DNA from: Octopus vulgaris
Lineage: Eukaryota
Length of the DNA: 64,000 nucleotides
Reading direction: 5' to 3'
Assembly (NCBI GenBank): GCA_951406725.2
Contig: OX597816.1
Location: 131,874,001-131,938,000, forward strand
Shown piece by piece: positions 25,303 through 38,487 of this stretch. The position numbers and the translations under genes were made by a program. The notes below the pieces were generated by a model. That model ran no database searches. It was not told where the DNA came from and saw only the letters and a list, made by a program, of their open reading frames with translations. Numbering within the stretch: the first letter of the stretch is position 1; each line of letters begins with the position of its first letter.

Positions 25303-25442
25303 AAGAGACCTTCGCTAGTGTTTGAGCATACCACTTGGAAGTGTTGGTACTCGTCTCCATTTTGGATGAGAATCCCCATTCAAAATGGAGATGAGTAGCA
25401 ACATTTTCATATGGCAAGCTTGAACAATTGTGAAGGTCTCTT
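25303..25442. repeat. ~140-bp imperfect hairpin (MITE-like)
   Basis: aagagaccttc...gtgttggtactcgtctccattttggatg versus cattcaaaatggagatgagtagcaacat...gaaggtctctt. Confidence 0.75.
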
Positions 25443-25511
25443 TTAATGAAATCCCTTTAAATGAAGATCCCTTTAAATGAAACTACTGGTAGTTTTGTTA
25501 TCCCATAAATA

Positions 25512-25587
<76 letters not shown>

Positions 25588-25614
25588 TCATGCACACATT
25601 TATGTGGGTGCAAG

Positions 25615-26375
25615 CATAGGAGTGTGGTTTAAAATTTTGGTTTGCAACCACATGGTTTAAGGTTCAGTTCTATGGCACAGTGCTTTGAGCAAGTGTTTTA
25701 TATTTTAGTTCCATGTCAACCAAAGCCTGGAGCTGTTGTAGAATGAATTTGATGGATGAAAACTGAAAAGAAGTCCAGCATGTAGGCATGAATGTGTGAA
25801 TGCATGTGAGTATGTGTGTATGTGTGTGTATGTTTGTGCAGGTACATGTGTGTGTGCACATGTATGTGTCTGTGAATCTCTTTGTTTTGATATAACATGC
25901 TAATTATAAACAAATACCTATCCCTTTACTACCCACAAGGGGCTAAACACAGAGAGGACAAACAAGGACAGACAAACGGAGTAAATTGATTATATTGACC
26001 CCAGTGTGTAACTGGTACTTATTTAATCGACCCCAAAAGGATGAAAGGCAAAGTCGACCTCGGCGGAATTTGAACCCAGAATGTAAAGACAGAGGAAATA
26101 CCGCTAAGTGTTTCGCCTAGCGTGCTAACATTTCTGCCAGCTTGCTGCCTTAATTATAAACAAATATCACCATCATTCAAACTGTGCAATTTGCTTGCCA
26201 TCTCCTGAAAAAAACATATCTGACATGTGGTTGTTCATTCATGAAGGGATGGGGAAAATATTACTTTGCTTGGAAACAAACCAACAGGTGAGCTTTGTTG
26301 ACAGAAAGTGGATCTGGCTATAAATAAATCTACCTCAATCAATTTCAACTAACCCATGCAAACATGAACATGTGA
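25615..26375 (+). mobile_element. Old SINE (family A head with RTE-like tail, 'family D'), hosting a family B insertion
   Basis: A-type head at 25615-25780. The body resembles 48570-48812 and 61240-61435. Confidence 0.6.
25917..26150 (-). mobile_element. SINE family B with 16-bp TSD
   Basis: TSD taattataaacaaata at 25901-25916 and 26151-26166; reverse complement of 16872-17103. Confidence 0.92.
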
Positions 26376-26431
26376 ATGAATATACATACTTACGTCTCCC
26401 ACACACACACACACACACATTATATGTATAT

Positions 26432-26668
26432 TCTTTTATTCTTTTACTTGTTTCAGTCATTTGACTGTGGCCATACTGGAGCCTTTAGTCAAGCAAATCG
26501 ACCCACAGACTTATTCTTTGTCAGCCTATAATTATTCTATCAGTGTCTTTTGTCGAACTATTAAGTTACGGGCATGTAAACACACCAGCATTGGTTGTCA
26601 AGCAACGTTGGGGGGACAAACACAGATGCACAAACACACACACATACACACGCATGTATGTGTATGTG

Positions 26669-26707
<39 letters not shown>

Positions 26708-26910
26708 CGGGCTTCTTTCAGTTTTTTTATTTCTTTATTGCCCACAAGGGGCTAAACATAGAGGAGACAAACAAGGACAGACAAAGGGATTAAGTCGATT
26801 ACATTGATCCCAGTGCATAACTGGTACTTAATTTATCGACCCCGAGAGGATGAAAGGCAAAATGTGGTTGGTAAGCAAGCTACTTACCACACGGCCACTC
26901 TTGCACCTAT
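26432..26910 (-). mobile_element. SINE family A whose middle is replaced by the 3' half of a family B SINE (~26725-26860)
   Basis: A tail and body 26432-26722, B fragment, then the A head at 26862-26910. Confidence 0.8.
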
Positions 26911-27019
26911 ATATATGTAAATGTCTCTTAGGTCTACATGTGCACATGCAAATAAGTGCATGGGTGTATACATACATATATGAATATATATAAGCATATA
27001 TGCATACATATATATACAT

Positions 27020-27488
27020 ACAATACTGGGAGGGATAGAAACGGAACGAAGCGAAGAATCGAACGAACCCGACGCGAAGCGCTGTCAGACAATAGTGTAA
27101 TAAATAAAATATATGCATACATACAAACATATATGTACGTACCTACATCTACATGTATATATACATGCATATATAAATATATATATACGTACAGGGCACC
27201 ACAAAAAGACGAAGAACTCAACAGAAACGAAAATGGAAAAGCCATTTTTTTACTGTAAAAAAATGGCTTTTCCGTTTTCGTTTCTGTTGAGTTCTACGTC
27301 TTTTTGTGGTGTCCTGTACGTATATATATATTTATATATGCATGTATATATACATGTAGATGTAGGTACGTACATATATGTTTGTATGTATGCATATATT
27401 TTATTTATTACACTATTGTCTGACAGTGCTTCGCGTCGGATTCGTTCGATTGTTCGCTTCGTTCCGTTTCTTATCCTCCCAGTATTGT
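27020..27488. repeat. Near-perfect 469-bp palindrome centred on 27254
   Basis: The 234-bp arms are symmetric about tttttttac-T-gtaaaaaaa, with only scattered substitutions. Confidence 0.97.
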
Positions 27489-27505
27489 TTTATTATATAT
27501 ATATA

Positions 27506-28068
27506 ATAGCAGTATCGCCCGGCGTTGCTCGGGTTTGTAAGGGAAATAACTATATAAGCATTTTTAGAGAGTTATAGCCAAAAAATAGCAAAAAAAATGC
27601 ATTAAAAATGGAAAAAAAATTATGGTAAATTTTTTTTAAAATCGTTGACTCATTGTAGACATTTTCTGTTTTGGTGTCTTCAAGCCACGAAGTCGTTGTT
27701 CTAAAAGAACGCTGGTCTCCTTGACAACGCTTTACGACGTTGATTTCCTTACACTCCCTTCCCCACAGCTTCACGAGGGAGGGAAGAAGGGGGAGAAGCA
27801 ACACAGGTGCAGGTGTGACCATGGACGCCAACTCCGCCGCCATCGACACACGAAAAAATATGCGTTAAAATGGAAAAAAATGATGTTAAATTATTTTTAA
27901 AATCGTAGACTCATCGTAGACGCACGCTAATACCCAGACGGCCTCGATATGAATCACGACTGTAAGATACCCGAATTTGGTTAAACTGCACCGCAAAATG
28001 TGGGAGTAGTTAGGAATCTAAATCGTAGGAGACTGACACTCACACAACTACAGTTTTATATATATAGA
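27506..28068 (-). mobile_element. Non-autonomous Helitron, family 1
   Basis: On the - strand it starts TCTATATATATAAAA and ends with hairpin cccgagcaacgccggg followed by CTAT (CTAG variant). It is an inverted copy of 28435-28946. Confidence 0.88.
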
Positions 28069-28434
28069 TATATTTATATATATATGCATTTACGCATATT
28101 CACCTCCACTCACTCACATATGCATACTCTAATGTTTATCAGCATATGATAGCATCAAATATATAGAGAAAGAGCTTTGTAGTGTTGTAGAGTAGATATG
28201 CATGTGTTAAATAAGCTATTAGGCTAATCATGTTTCTGTTACTACACAGCTTTACCATTGTAGTCTATTCAAATTCTATGTTTCACTATTTATGTGTGAA
28301 TTTTGCCATTTTTAAAATTGTTGGAATCTCATGTCATGGGCACAGAAGCTACAATCTTAGTAAAATACAGCAATCATTGTTTTCGTTGGTTTCTGAATTG
28401 TGCATAACACAGAGTTTCACCAAAGGCAGCTATA

Positions 28435-28946
28435 TCTATATATATAAAACTGTAGTTGTGTGAGTGTCTGTCCCCTTCGATTTAGATTCCTAACTACTCC
28501 CACATTTTGCGGTGCAGTTTAACCAAATTCGGGTATCTTATAGTCGTGATTCATATCGAGCCCCTCTGAGTATTAGCGCCGTCTACGATGAGTCTACGAT
28601 TTTAAAAATAATTTAACATCATTTTTTATTCCATTTTAATGCATAATTTTTCGTGTGTCGATGGCGGCGGAGTTGGCGTCCATGGTCACACCTGCACCTG
28701 TTTGCTTCTCCCCCTTCTTCCCTCCCTCATGAAGCTGTGGGGAAGGGAGTGTAAGGAAATCAACGTCGTAAAGCGTTGTCAAGGAGACCAGCGTTCTTTT
28801 AGAACAACGACTTCATGGCTTGAAGACACCAAAACAGAAATGGCTAAGAAAGCCCGAATTGGCATCTATAAGGGAAGTAACACTCTAAAAATGCTTATAT
28901 AGTTATTTCCCTTACAAACCCGAGCAATGCCGGGCGATACTGCTAG
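28435..28946 (+). mobile_element. Non-autonomous Helitron, family 1
   Basis: 5' TC, 3' hairpin cccgagcaatgccggg and terminal CTAG; inserted between A and T with no TSD. An empty-site paralogue lies at 29228-29257. Confidence 0.93.
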
Positions 28947-29073
28947 TGCAATATAAAACCAAAAACGAAAAAGTCAATTGTCACTAATTGTGACCAAGGG
29001 TGTTAGGTAGTACCTTAGAGCCACAAGAAAGCACATTTTCATATACTGACAGGGGAGATAACTGATCACTATA

Positions 29074-29113
29074 CTAGACTAGTTTCAATTGAAAATTACA
29101 AGCTCATCAGTAG
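29074..29113 (-). ncRNA. Minimal type-I hammerhead ribozyme motif
   Basis: Reverse complement: cta-CTGATGA-gcttg-taatttt-caatt-GAAA-ctag-TC-tag. Palindromic stem III actagt; stem II is weak. Confidence 0.55.
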
Positions 29114-29678
29114 TGACTACTCATTCACTGAATGGGTTGGCTAAATCCTGACTGTCAGTATATATATTTACAATATGAATTTATGGCTGATTCAGCAAAA
29201 TGCTAATGTGAAAATTACAAAATAATGAAGGCAGCTATATGCAATATAAAACCAAAATGGAAAATTAGGCTATCCACTATGGTGCAAGCCTAATTTAAGA
29301 ATGCTTTATGTAGCAGCTGATCTATGCTATTGATCAGAGAAGGAAACCTTGTACATGTTCTGTAAGGAGTGGGTAGCAAATTTTGAAATGATCCGTTAAG
29401 AAATTTACAACCCAATTTTTCTGCTCATCAGTACCATAGAAGAAATGTGTTTATATTCTTATTTAGCCAATAGTAAGGCATTGTAATGTTTAAATTTCTA
29501 TTTTTCTACCTTGTACTAAGCTGTGCTTATACATACATACATGTATACATACATAATACATACATACATATATGCATACATAGATATATACATACATGCA
29601 CACAGACAGGCACTCACACACACACACATATGTATATATATATATATATATAATATTTGTATTTACATATAATATATA

Positions 29679-30336
29679 TCTATATAATATATATATATAA
29701 TAATAAATGCCAAAACGAATTTCTGTGTGTCAGTGTGTCACACTTTGACCCTCTCTCTCACTAGCCTACTTCTACTATTCCTCGTGTGGGTGGTAGTAGA
29801 CTGACGATGGTGATGGCAATGGAATGATAGCCATAGTATGAGCTGTATTTGTGATAGATGCAGAGGCGACGGTGATGATGGTGGTGGTGGTTGCCGAGGC
29901 GGTCAGAGATGATGGTGCTAGTAAGCAATGTGAAAAACAGTGGTAATGATGCTGGAGGGGAAGGGGGAACATCAAAGGTTTTGATGGTGGTGGCGTCAGA
30001 AGTCTGAATGGTGTATGTATGGAAGTTGAGATGATGATGGTGGTGGTACTGGTGATGGTGATGGTTGAAGACAATCAACAGAAAGAAAGAGAGAGAAAGA
30101 AAGAGGTTAGATAGAAAACAAAATTGTACTGACCCCCGAATGGGAAGACAAAAGAGGTTGTTTGTCATGCAGCTTTCCAATAAGTTCAAAGTCGACAAAT
30201 TATATCATTGTTTTGATGTAAATTGTTCATTGCTTGAAAAATATTGGTCAGGTTTAATAAAATTTGATATGTACTCAAGGCATGAAGTGTTATTGTTGGG
30301 CCCAAGGCCCAATGAAGAGCCCTCTACAGGAGCTAG
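29679..30336 (+). mobile_element. Non-autonomous Helitron-like element, family 2
   Basis: 5' TCTATATAAT..., 3' hairpin ggcccaatgaagagcc followed by CTAG|T. The 5' part is shared with 32293-32530. Confidence 0.65.
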
Positions 30337-30373
<37 letters not shown>

Positions 30374-30416
30374 GGGGAAAGAGAGAGTGAGATATGTCTA
30401 TATATATATATGTATG

Positions 30417-30509
<93 letters not shown>

Positions 30510-31380
30510 AGGGTGATGCATAGAATTGTTCTATTTTTGGGAATATTTGTCTTAATTGAGTCACAAAGGTTAATTTCTTCCTTTATGCTCTTTTATATAC
30601 ATACATATACATACACACACACACATACACATATAAGAAATATTACACATATATTTGTCCACTCATGCTCGTACACATACAAGTGTGTGTGGGTGTTGGT
30701 GTGTGTATGCACGCACGTATACACACACACACAAACACACAGATTTCTCATTTTTCCATTCAAAATGTAACCACTTATGTTTTTATAAATATATGTGTCT
30801 GTGTGTATTGTGTACACACACATGCACACACACTTATACTGATGTATACATATACCATATACTTATAAGTCTATATACAAGTGTATACTTGTATGTGCGT
30901 GTGTGTGTGAGTGTATCTGTCTGCCTATTACTTATAATAATGAAAGTGTCTGTGCCTCTATCTCTATTTGTTCTGATCATTGTGGCTGGTGACCTCACTT
31001 GGTTTAAAGTACATACTTAATTAGTGATGATAATAGTACTTACTGCCAGACAGTCCAACTGTTCTTTACTTGGGATCTTTCATCCTGTTTCAAAGATATT
31101 TTATATTCATTACTTCATAGGCTACATTGCTTTTATTCACAACACTCTCTCTCACACACACACACATACAAACACACACATGCATGCACACACATACATA
31201 CACACACACATGCATATGCATGCATGCATGCACACATTTACACACACCTATGTGCATATGTAAACACACCTAAACACACACATCTATTCATGGACATTGA
31301 TATTCTTCAACATTTACATACATCGGATCCTTTTTATACATATGTAACCCATGTACATACCTGTTGTCTGCCCATTCACA

Positions 31381-31985
31381 TATCATCATCATCATCATCA
31401 TTTAATGCCTGTTTTTCCATGTTGATATGGGCTGGACAGTTTGACAGGTGCTGGACAGTTTGACAGGTGCTGGTCAGCTGGAGAGCTGCACTGCCTCTAT
31501 GTCTATTTTGGTATGGTTTCTATAGCTGGATGCCCTTCTAACTCCATCCACAGAGTGTACTGAATGCTTTTATGCAGTACTGGCACAGGTGCTTTCGTGT
31601 GGCATCGACATTTACATGGCATTAGCACCCATGAGCCCACAATATTAGGAATGCTCAGCTGAAGAATGATGCAGGGGACATGCCTGTATGCAAGGATGAC
31701 CACGTATTTACTTAGCTTGATGTGTCTCCTCCAGCACAGCAAACTACCAGAAGTCTTGGTTTTCTGTCATTCCCTCTGTGAGTCCCAACATCTGAAGATC
31801 CTTCTTCACCACTTTGTCCCACATCTTCTTGGGTTTACTCCTTCCACACATTCCCTCCACAGTTAGAGCTCAGCAATTCTTGATGTAACTGTCTTCATTC
31901 ATATGCATTACATAGCCATACCAGCACAGCCTTCTCTCTGGCACACTACATGTGATGCCCTGTGTATCAAGTTTTTCTCTCAGAT
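31381..31985 (-). mobile_element. Decayed RTE LINE 3' fragment (ORF end plus 3' UTR)
   Basis: (CAT)n tail and ggatgcccttctaactcc; the distal part is colinear with 44570-44820. Confidence 0.8.
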
Positions 31986-32292
31986 ATAAAAAATTGTGTA
32001 GAATAATAATTGTCCCTCTTTATATATGTATATATATATATTATTCCAAATTATGTATATATATATGTATGTGTGCGTATATATCTATGCACACAAGAGA
32101 AAGGAAAAGGCCAGTACAACTTGGCAACTCATTTCTACAGCTGAGTGAACTGGAGCAACTTGAAATAAAGTGTCTTGCTCAACAACACAAAACACAGCCT
32201 AGTCAGGGAATTGAGCTCACTACCTCACAATTGTGAGCCCAACACTCTAACCACTGAGCCATATGCCTTCACTTAACCCATATATACATATA

Positions 32293-32530
32293 TCTAATAT
32301 AATAAATGTGAAAACTAATTTCTGTGTGTCAGTGTGTCACACTTAGATCCCCTCTCTCACTATTCAATGACACTCCTACTATTCCTCATAATGGAGTGAA
32401 AGTAATAGTAGGCATAGAGCCAGTGAGGGCAGTAGCGAAGACAAACAGAGAGAGAAAGAAAAAGAGAGGGAGAGAAAAAGAGACAAAGAAATTTAGGGAG
32501 AGTTGATGATGTTTTTATTAAAACCAAAAG
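32293..32530 (+). mobile_element. Helitron-like family 2, 5' portion
   Basis: tctaatataataaatgtgaaaactaatttctgtgtgtcagtgtgtcacac matches 29695-29745. Confidence 0.55.
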
Positions 32531-32797
32531 TCTGAAAATAAACCAGAAATAATACTACCACTACCACTACCACAAAACTAACAACTTCCTCTTTAAAAGC
32601 ACATGTTTGAAAAGGCTTATAATGATCCTTTCTCTTGGCATGGAGAGGAGAGGATGGCATGTATGGGCGACTGCTGATCTCCCATAAACAACTTTGTCTG
32701 GACTTGTGCCTCAGAGGGTAACTCTCTAGGTGCAACCCCATGATCATTCATGACTGAAGGGGGGTCTTCACCCTTTACCCTTTGTATGTATATACAT

Positions 32798-32877
<80 letters not shown>

Positions 32878-32919
32878 ATGTATGTATATGTATATACATA
32901 CAAAGGGTATATGTATATG

Positions 32920-32976
<57 letters not shown>

Positions 32977-33977
32977 GTATATATATATATATTTATATTT
33001 ATATATATATATATATACATACATATACAATCCTCTCACAAGATTTGGTTGGCAATGCTTAAAGAGATTTGTCCAAGGCACCATCTAGTGGGACTGAACC
33101 CAAAATGAGGCAGCTCAGAAATGAACTACTTAATGACACGGCCATATCTGCACCTACCTATATACACATATGCATGTATATGTATGTTGTGTTTGTGTTT
33201 TTGTGTGTTTGTATGTATCTGTCCCTATGTCGGTCGGCTCTTTTGCAGTGAGACAGTTTTTTAAAAAAAATCATGTCAATTAGACATTGTCAAGATAAGT
33301 ATCAGACTTTAAAATAAACAGTACAAGGGTCAACATGATTAATTAAAACCCTTCACGGTGATACCCCAGTATAGACACAGTCCAATGACTACATCAAGGA
33401 AAGCAGTAAAAGTGTAACAGATTTTTAACCGCATTTTTTTTCTTTTCTGTGCGTGTATATTTACAATATTTACATTTCGGTTATCTTTCAACGAGTTTCG
33501 AGTTTGGTATCTGATCATTGCTATCGTGAGTGGATGGAGAGAGGGAGGCTTAGGCATGGCTGTGTTGTTAAGAACTTTGCTTTATAATCATCTAGCTTCT
33601 GGTTCAATCCCACTGCAAGGCATCTCAGAAAACTCTCTTCTATTATAGCCAAGAATAAAGATTATCCGATGGCCCATATTTGTTATTGAGTGGTAAACTT
33701 AATCCATTGCTCAGATCAATACTACATGTGTGCCCATTTAAAAACACGCACCTATACACACACACACACACACACATATTTTTGGACACTGACAACCTCC
33801 TACATTCACATATATGTCTGCTAATTCTTACACATATGTACCCATATACACACCTGTTGTCTGCCCATTCTTATATAGATGAATACAACCACACAACCAC
33901 ACATGCACATGCATGAATGTTGAAACATACATACACACATGCATGCACTGATATATATGTTGATATCTCTCTCTCTT

Positions 33978-34010
<33 letters not shown>

Positions 34011-34284
34011 GTATATATTTTCTCTCTCTCTTTCCATATATATATATACATATATATATCGATAATAAATCCTGAGCAAGTCGTAAACAGTAGCAGCACA
34101 GAATCATGAAGTATATTTGCCACCTAAATGTGGTGAACCCATAGGGGACGATGATACTGTTGTTTATAGCCTCAGGAAGACATCTCCTCCAGCTGGCTTA
34201 CAACACACTGTCTGTGTCCGATTAGCATTTGCGAAATAAATCATTGTTCCCATCTCTAGCCTTATGTGATACACATAGACTCGA

Positions 34285-34328
<44 letters not shown>

Positions 34329-34329
34329 A

Positions 34330-34800
34330 ACTCTGAGGCCAGATGTGGTTTTATGGTCTGAAAAGACCAAGAAAGTGATCTTGATTGAGCTCACAGTTCC
34401 ATAGGAAGAAGGGCGTGATCAGTCCCATAAACTGAAGCATGCCAAGTATGAGATCCTTCAGTAGGATTGCAGTGAGAAAGGGTGGCAATTATGGCTCTTC
34501 CCAGTCAAGGTTGGCTGTAGGGGTTTCCTTTCCCAGTCAGCTTGGAGGATGCTTACAGCCACTGGATGAGAGGAAACAAGCGAAGGGTGGCTGTGTAGAG
34601 GATGGGAAAAGCAGCTGAAAGAGCCTCTTGTTAGATTTGGAGCAAGGGAGAGGAGTTAAGCTGGAAGCCAGAAAATGAGGAACAGTGATTTGGCCACCTC
34701 TACTGACCCACCAACAGGAGGTTGTTATGGTTCAGGGTCAAAACACCTAAAGAACGTAGAATACCATCTGCTGACATCAGTTTCTCCTGGCCAAAGCTCT
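34330..34800 (+). pseudogene. Hero-like (R2-group) non-LTR element 3' fragment with restriction-like endonuclease
   Basis: LRPDVVLWSEKTKKVILIELTVP*EEG...K.AKY...GWQLWLFPVKVGCRGF...AAERASC*IW, with several stops. Confidence 0.8.
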
Positions 34801-34844
34801 ATTCACTTTGGTGAGTGAAAAAAGCGCCTTCTTCTAGATGTTAT

Positions 34845-35325
34845 TAGGTGATATGCTGTACTTGAGAAGACCCATCAAGCCGAATGAAATTGTAGCCATG
34901 GCCAATGCTGGTGTCACATAACTGGCACCCATGCTGGTGGCACATAAAAAGCATATTTCGAGCTTTGGGCCTCACGGAGGCAAGGTGGCTGATGCCAGTG
35001 GTACATAAAAAGCATCTTTTGAGTGTTAGGCCTCATGGAGGCAATGAAAATGACAAAGATCTTTGGCATTATGTCGTACTAGAGAAGAAGACCCATCAAG
35101 CCAAATGAAATCGTATTCATGGCAGATACTGGTGTCACACAGTGGAACATAAAAGCACCCATTACACTCTTGAGTGGTTGGCATTAGGAAGGGTTTCCAG
35201 CTGTAGAAATTATGGCAAATCAGACTATAGTCTGGTACAGCATTCCAGCTTGCCAGCCCTGGTCAACCATCCAACACATATTAGCATGGACTATGGACAT
35301 TAAATGATGATGTTGATAATGATGA
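34845..35325 (+). mobile_element. RTE 3' region with internal tandem duplication
   Basis: gaagacccatcaagcc occurs at ~34866 and ~35087; ends gtggttggcattaggaaggg...ttaaatgatgatg. Confidence 0.75.
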
Positions 35326-36728
35326 TATATATATATATATATAAATTAAATTAGAGATAAAACCACTATTAGGCAAATCAAACAATGAAAAACATAAAAA
35401 TAAAAATAATTAATATAATATACAAAATATATAAAATATAAAATTTAAAAATTTAAATTATTTAAATTTAAAATTAAAATTATTAATATTATTAATTTAT
35501 ATTTATAAAATTTTAATATTTTTTATACATATATATATATATATTTTATACACAATATAAATGAGTGTATGTATGTATAGCACAGAAAGGCTCTGAAATG
35601 GTGCAACCTTTAGAAAAACAGATTTGATTTTCGAAAAACGTGTGTCAACAAAAGGTTATTGGTAATTAGTAATAAAAAATACATAATTTGCTTAGAGAAA
35701 TAACTCAACTTTTAAATCACCAAATCTACCTCACTCTGTCTATCAGATTCTCTCTATCTTTTATGCTTTTCCCCTAATATTTATCTACCACACTCTTTGT
35801 CACTCTGTCTCTCTGTATATGTATATCTCACTCATACATGTTGCTTCTCCCCATTCTCTTGATATTACATGTAATGCAATATCAAGAGCATCTCTCTCTG
35901 CATAAATTATTTACATGCCTTTATTAAAATTATTTCACATGACTTTATTAAAACTTCTTTTGTTTAAAACTTCTTACAACTTTCATCCTTGCAATGTTTT
36001 GCCTTCATTTTGATTAAGACTTCATTGTTGATGTTTGCTGCTTTTATTTTGTGATAGACAACTATCAAACAGAAAATGCTAGTTTCCAAATCCTGTTTTC
36101 TGATTGGGCGAAAATGATCAGACTTTAAACCTCTGTAACATTTTTCTACAATTTTTCTGGAATAAATGAATCACAGAATTGGATTCAGTATGAAAAATTA
36201 CATCAACATACCAAACTTGGAGATTTTCACTTAATTTTAAAATTTCAACATTTGTGACAACAACAAAAAAAATCCCTCTATCTATCAATATCTGTCTTTT
36301 AAGCATTTCTCATTGTAAACTTGCCCTTCTCTATATATATTTACCACACTCTCTTTCACTCTTTCTCTTTCTCTGAGAATGTGTATGTTTGTATGTGTCC
36401 ATGCATGTCTATGCATGTGTGTGTCACTATGTGTGTATGAATGTGTGTCAGGAATTTTACTATGGCAACAGAGCCAAAAGGCTCTCCCAAAGCATCAGCT
36501 GCAAACTAAGAATAATCTTTACATCTATGTACCAAAGGATAAAACGAAAACTTCGTTTATCAAGACATTATGAATTACACCAAATAATGCAGAATCAATC
36601 CTAATCAAGAGACTTATCTCTTAGAGAGGACATGGTCTGACACGGAATAAAAAAAATCTAAATAAAGGCTTTCTATTGTAAAAATTGTCTGGCAATGACA
36701 GCCTACTCAGCTAGTATATCAAGTGCAT

Positions 36729-36783
<55 letters not shown>

Positions 36784-38041
36784 TATATATACGTATATGA
36801 AGCAAATGATAGAGATGGAAAATGGAATACATGGGAAACTTTATTGCTCACAATGATCATTTCAACACATCCTGCAACGATCCCTTGTGGGTGGGAAACT
36901 ATACAGCTAGTTGTGGTGCATCCCTTGGTGCAGAGGCATCTTGTCGGTTGATGTCATAAGAGGTGTCTTGTTAAATGACCTCTGTTTCACTTGGATTTTT
37001 CTGATGGCCGGATAACTGAAGAGATGGTGGCATGAATTTCCACCTTGGCATCCGAAACTTGGAGTTTTGTCATGGCTACCGAATAATTGTCACATATTAC
37101 ATTTACAGACGTATATATATATATATAGACATATATAGATATATAAATATTTCTGTCTAGCAACCAACCCACTTTCTGCTTGAAGATTATCTTTTTTGAT
37201 TACACTTGAACTTATCCAAAACACACACACGTGCATGCACTTAGGCATATGCGCACACATGCACACACACATACATGTAAACTCCTTCAGTGTCCTTAGC
37301 ATTCAATTACACTTCACTACATTACAAGTGTTCGGATCAGGTCTGAGGAACACTCAATATCCTTAGGCACTGCTTGAAATTTCAGTGGTCTAAGGAGTGA
37401 AAGTTCTTGGCTTCTTCTCATCCTCTCACCAGTCTTGGAGGCTCCTGCAAAAACAAAGCAAGAAAATAAAATTATGGCTGCCACTCTTTTGTAGTAATCT
37501 TTTAGCATTCAGATTCTTCTGTCAAATGTAATGCATATTAATTCACATTGTTTTCAATTATCTTGTAGCTTCCAGATTTCTATGGTGTGGCTCTTTCTCT
37601 TTTTACAATGACATGGTAGGATATGTGTGAGAGACCACATATAGTCAGTTTCAACATAAAACAGATAAAATATTTTGATTTGATATGGCTGGTTTAAATA
37701 CTAAACAGTTACACCATCAATTGAGTGTCTTAATCTGCTATGTATCAAATCCTAAACAAGAATTACAACAAAAAATTAATCGGTGACAGAGTTCTTATGC
37801 AGCAAGCCATATTAATTACAAAGCCATTGATAGCCATTTTAATTACTGACGTTTGCTGGTGCTGACCATAATTAACTTTCTTGGACTTTATCTTCCATTG
37901 ATTCTAGCTTTTGTCAAAGACATGCATGAGAATCTTCTTGTTTTTACAGACTGTAAGGAATTGGAAACCCCCATGACAACCTTTCTGCTTCTTTCACTGA
38001 ATCTATCTAATTCTCTCTCTCTCTCTTTTTTTCTTTCTCAG

Positions 38042-38098
<57 letters not shown>

Positions 38099-38233
38099 TT
38101 CTCTGTCTCTTTCTATCTATTTATCTATCTATCAATCTGTCTGCCTGCCTGTCTGTCTATGTATGTATGTATGTATGTATGTATGTATGTATGTATGTAT
38201 GTATGTATGTATGTATGTATGTATGTATGTATG

Positions 38234-38295
<62 letters not shown>

Positions 38296-38446
38296 AACTT
38301 ACATATCTGATTGTCTTTCTCTACCAGTGTCTTTCTAACTTACAATATCTTCTTTTTTCTGCATTCTCTAATTCTTTTGTTCTTCCTCTCTTTTATAAAG
38401 TGCTCACATTTTGCACTAAGGGAACTGGATGTATAAGGAAGTGTTG

Positions 38447-38487
<41 letters not shown>

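Noticed and set aside
27550-28902. Two ORFs sharing LLLPLLPSL.KLWGRECKEINVVKRCQGDQRSFRTTTSWLEDTKTE as a duplicated gene
   Set aside because: The identity comes from the two Helitron copies; starts and ends differ and no domain is recognisable.
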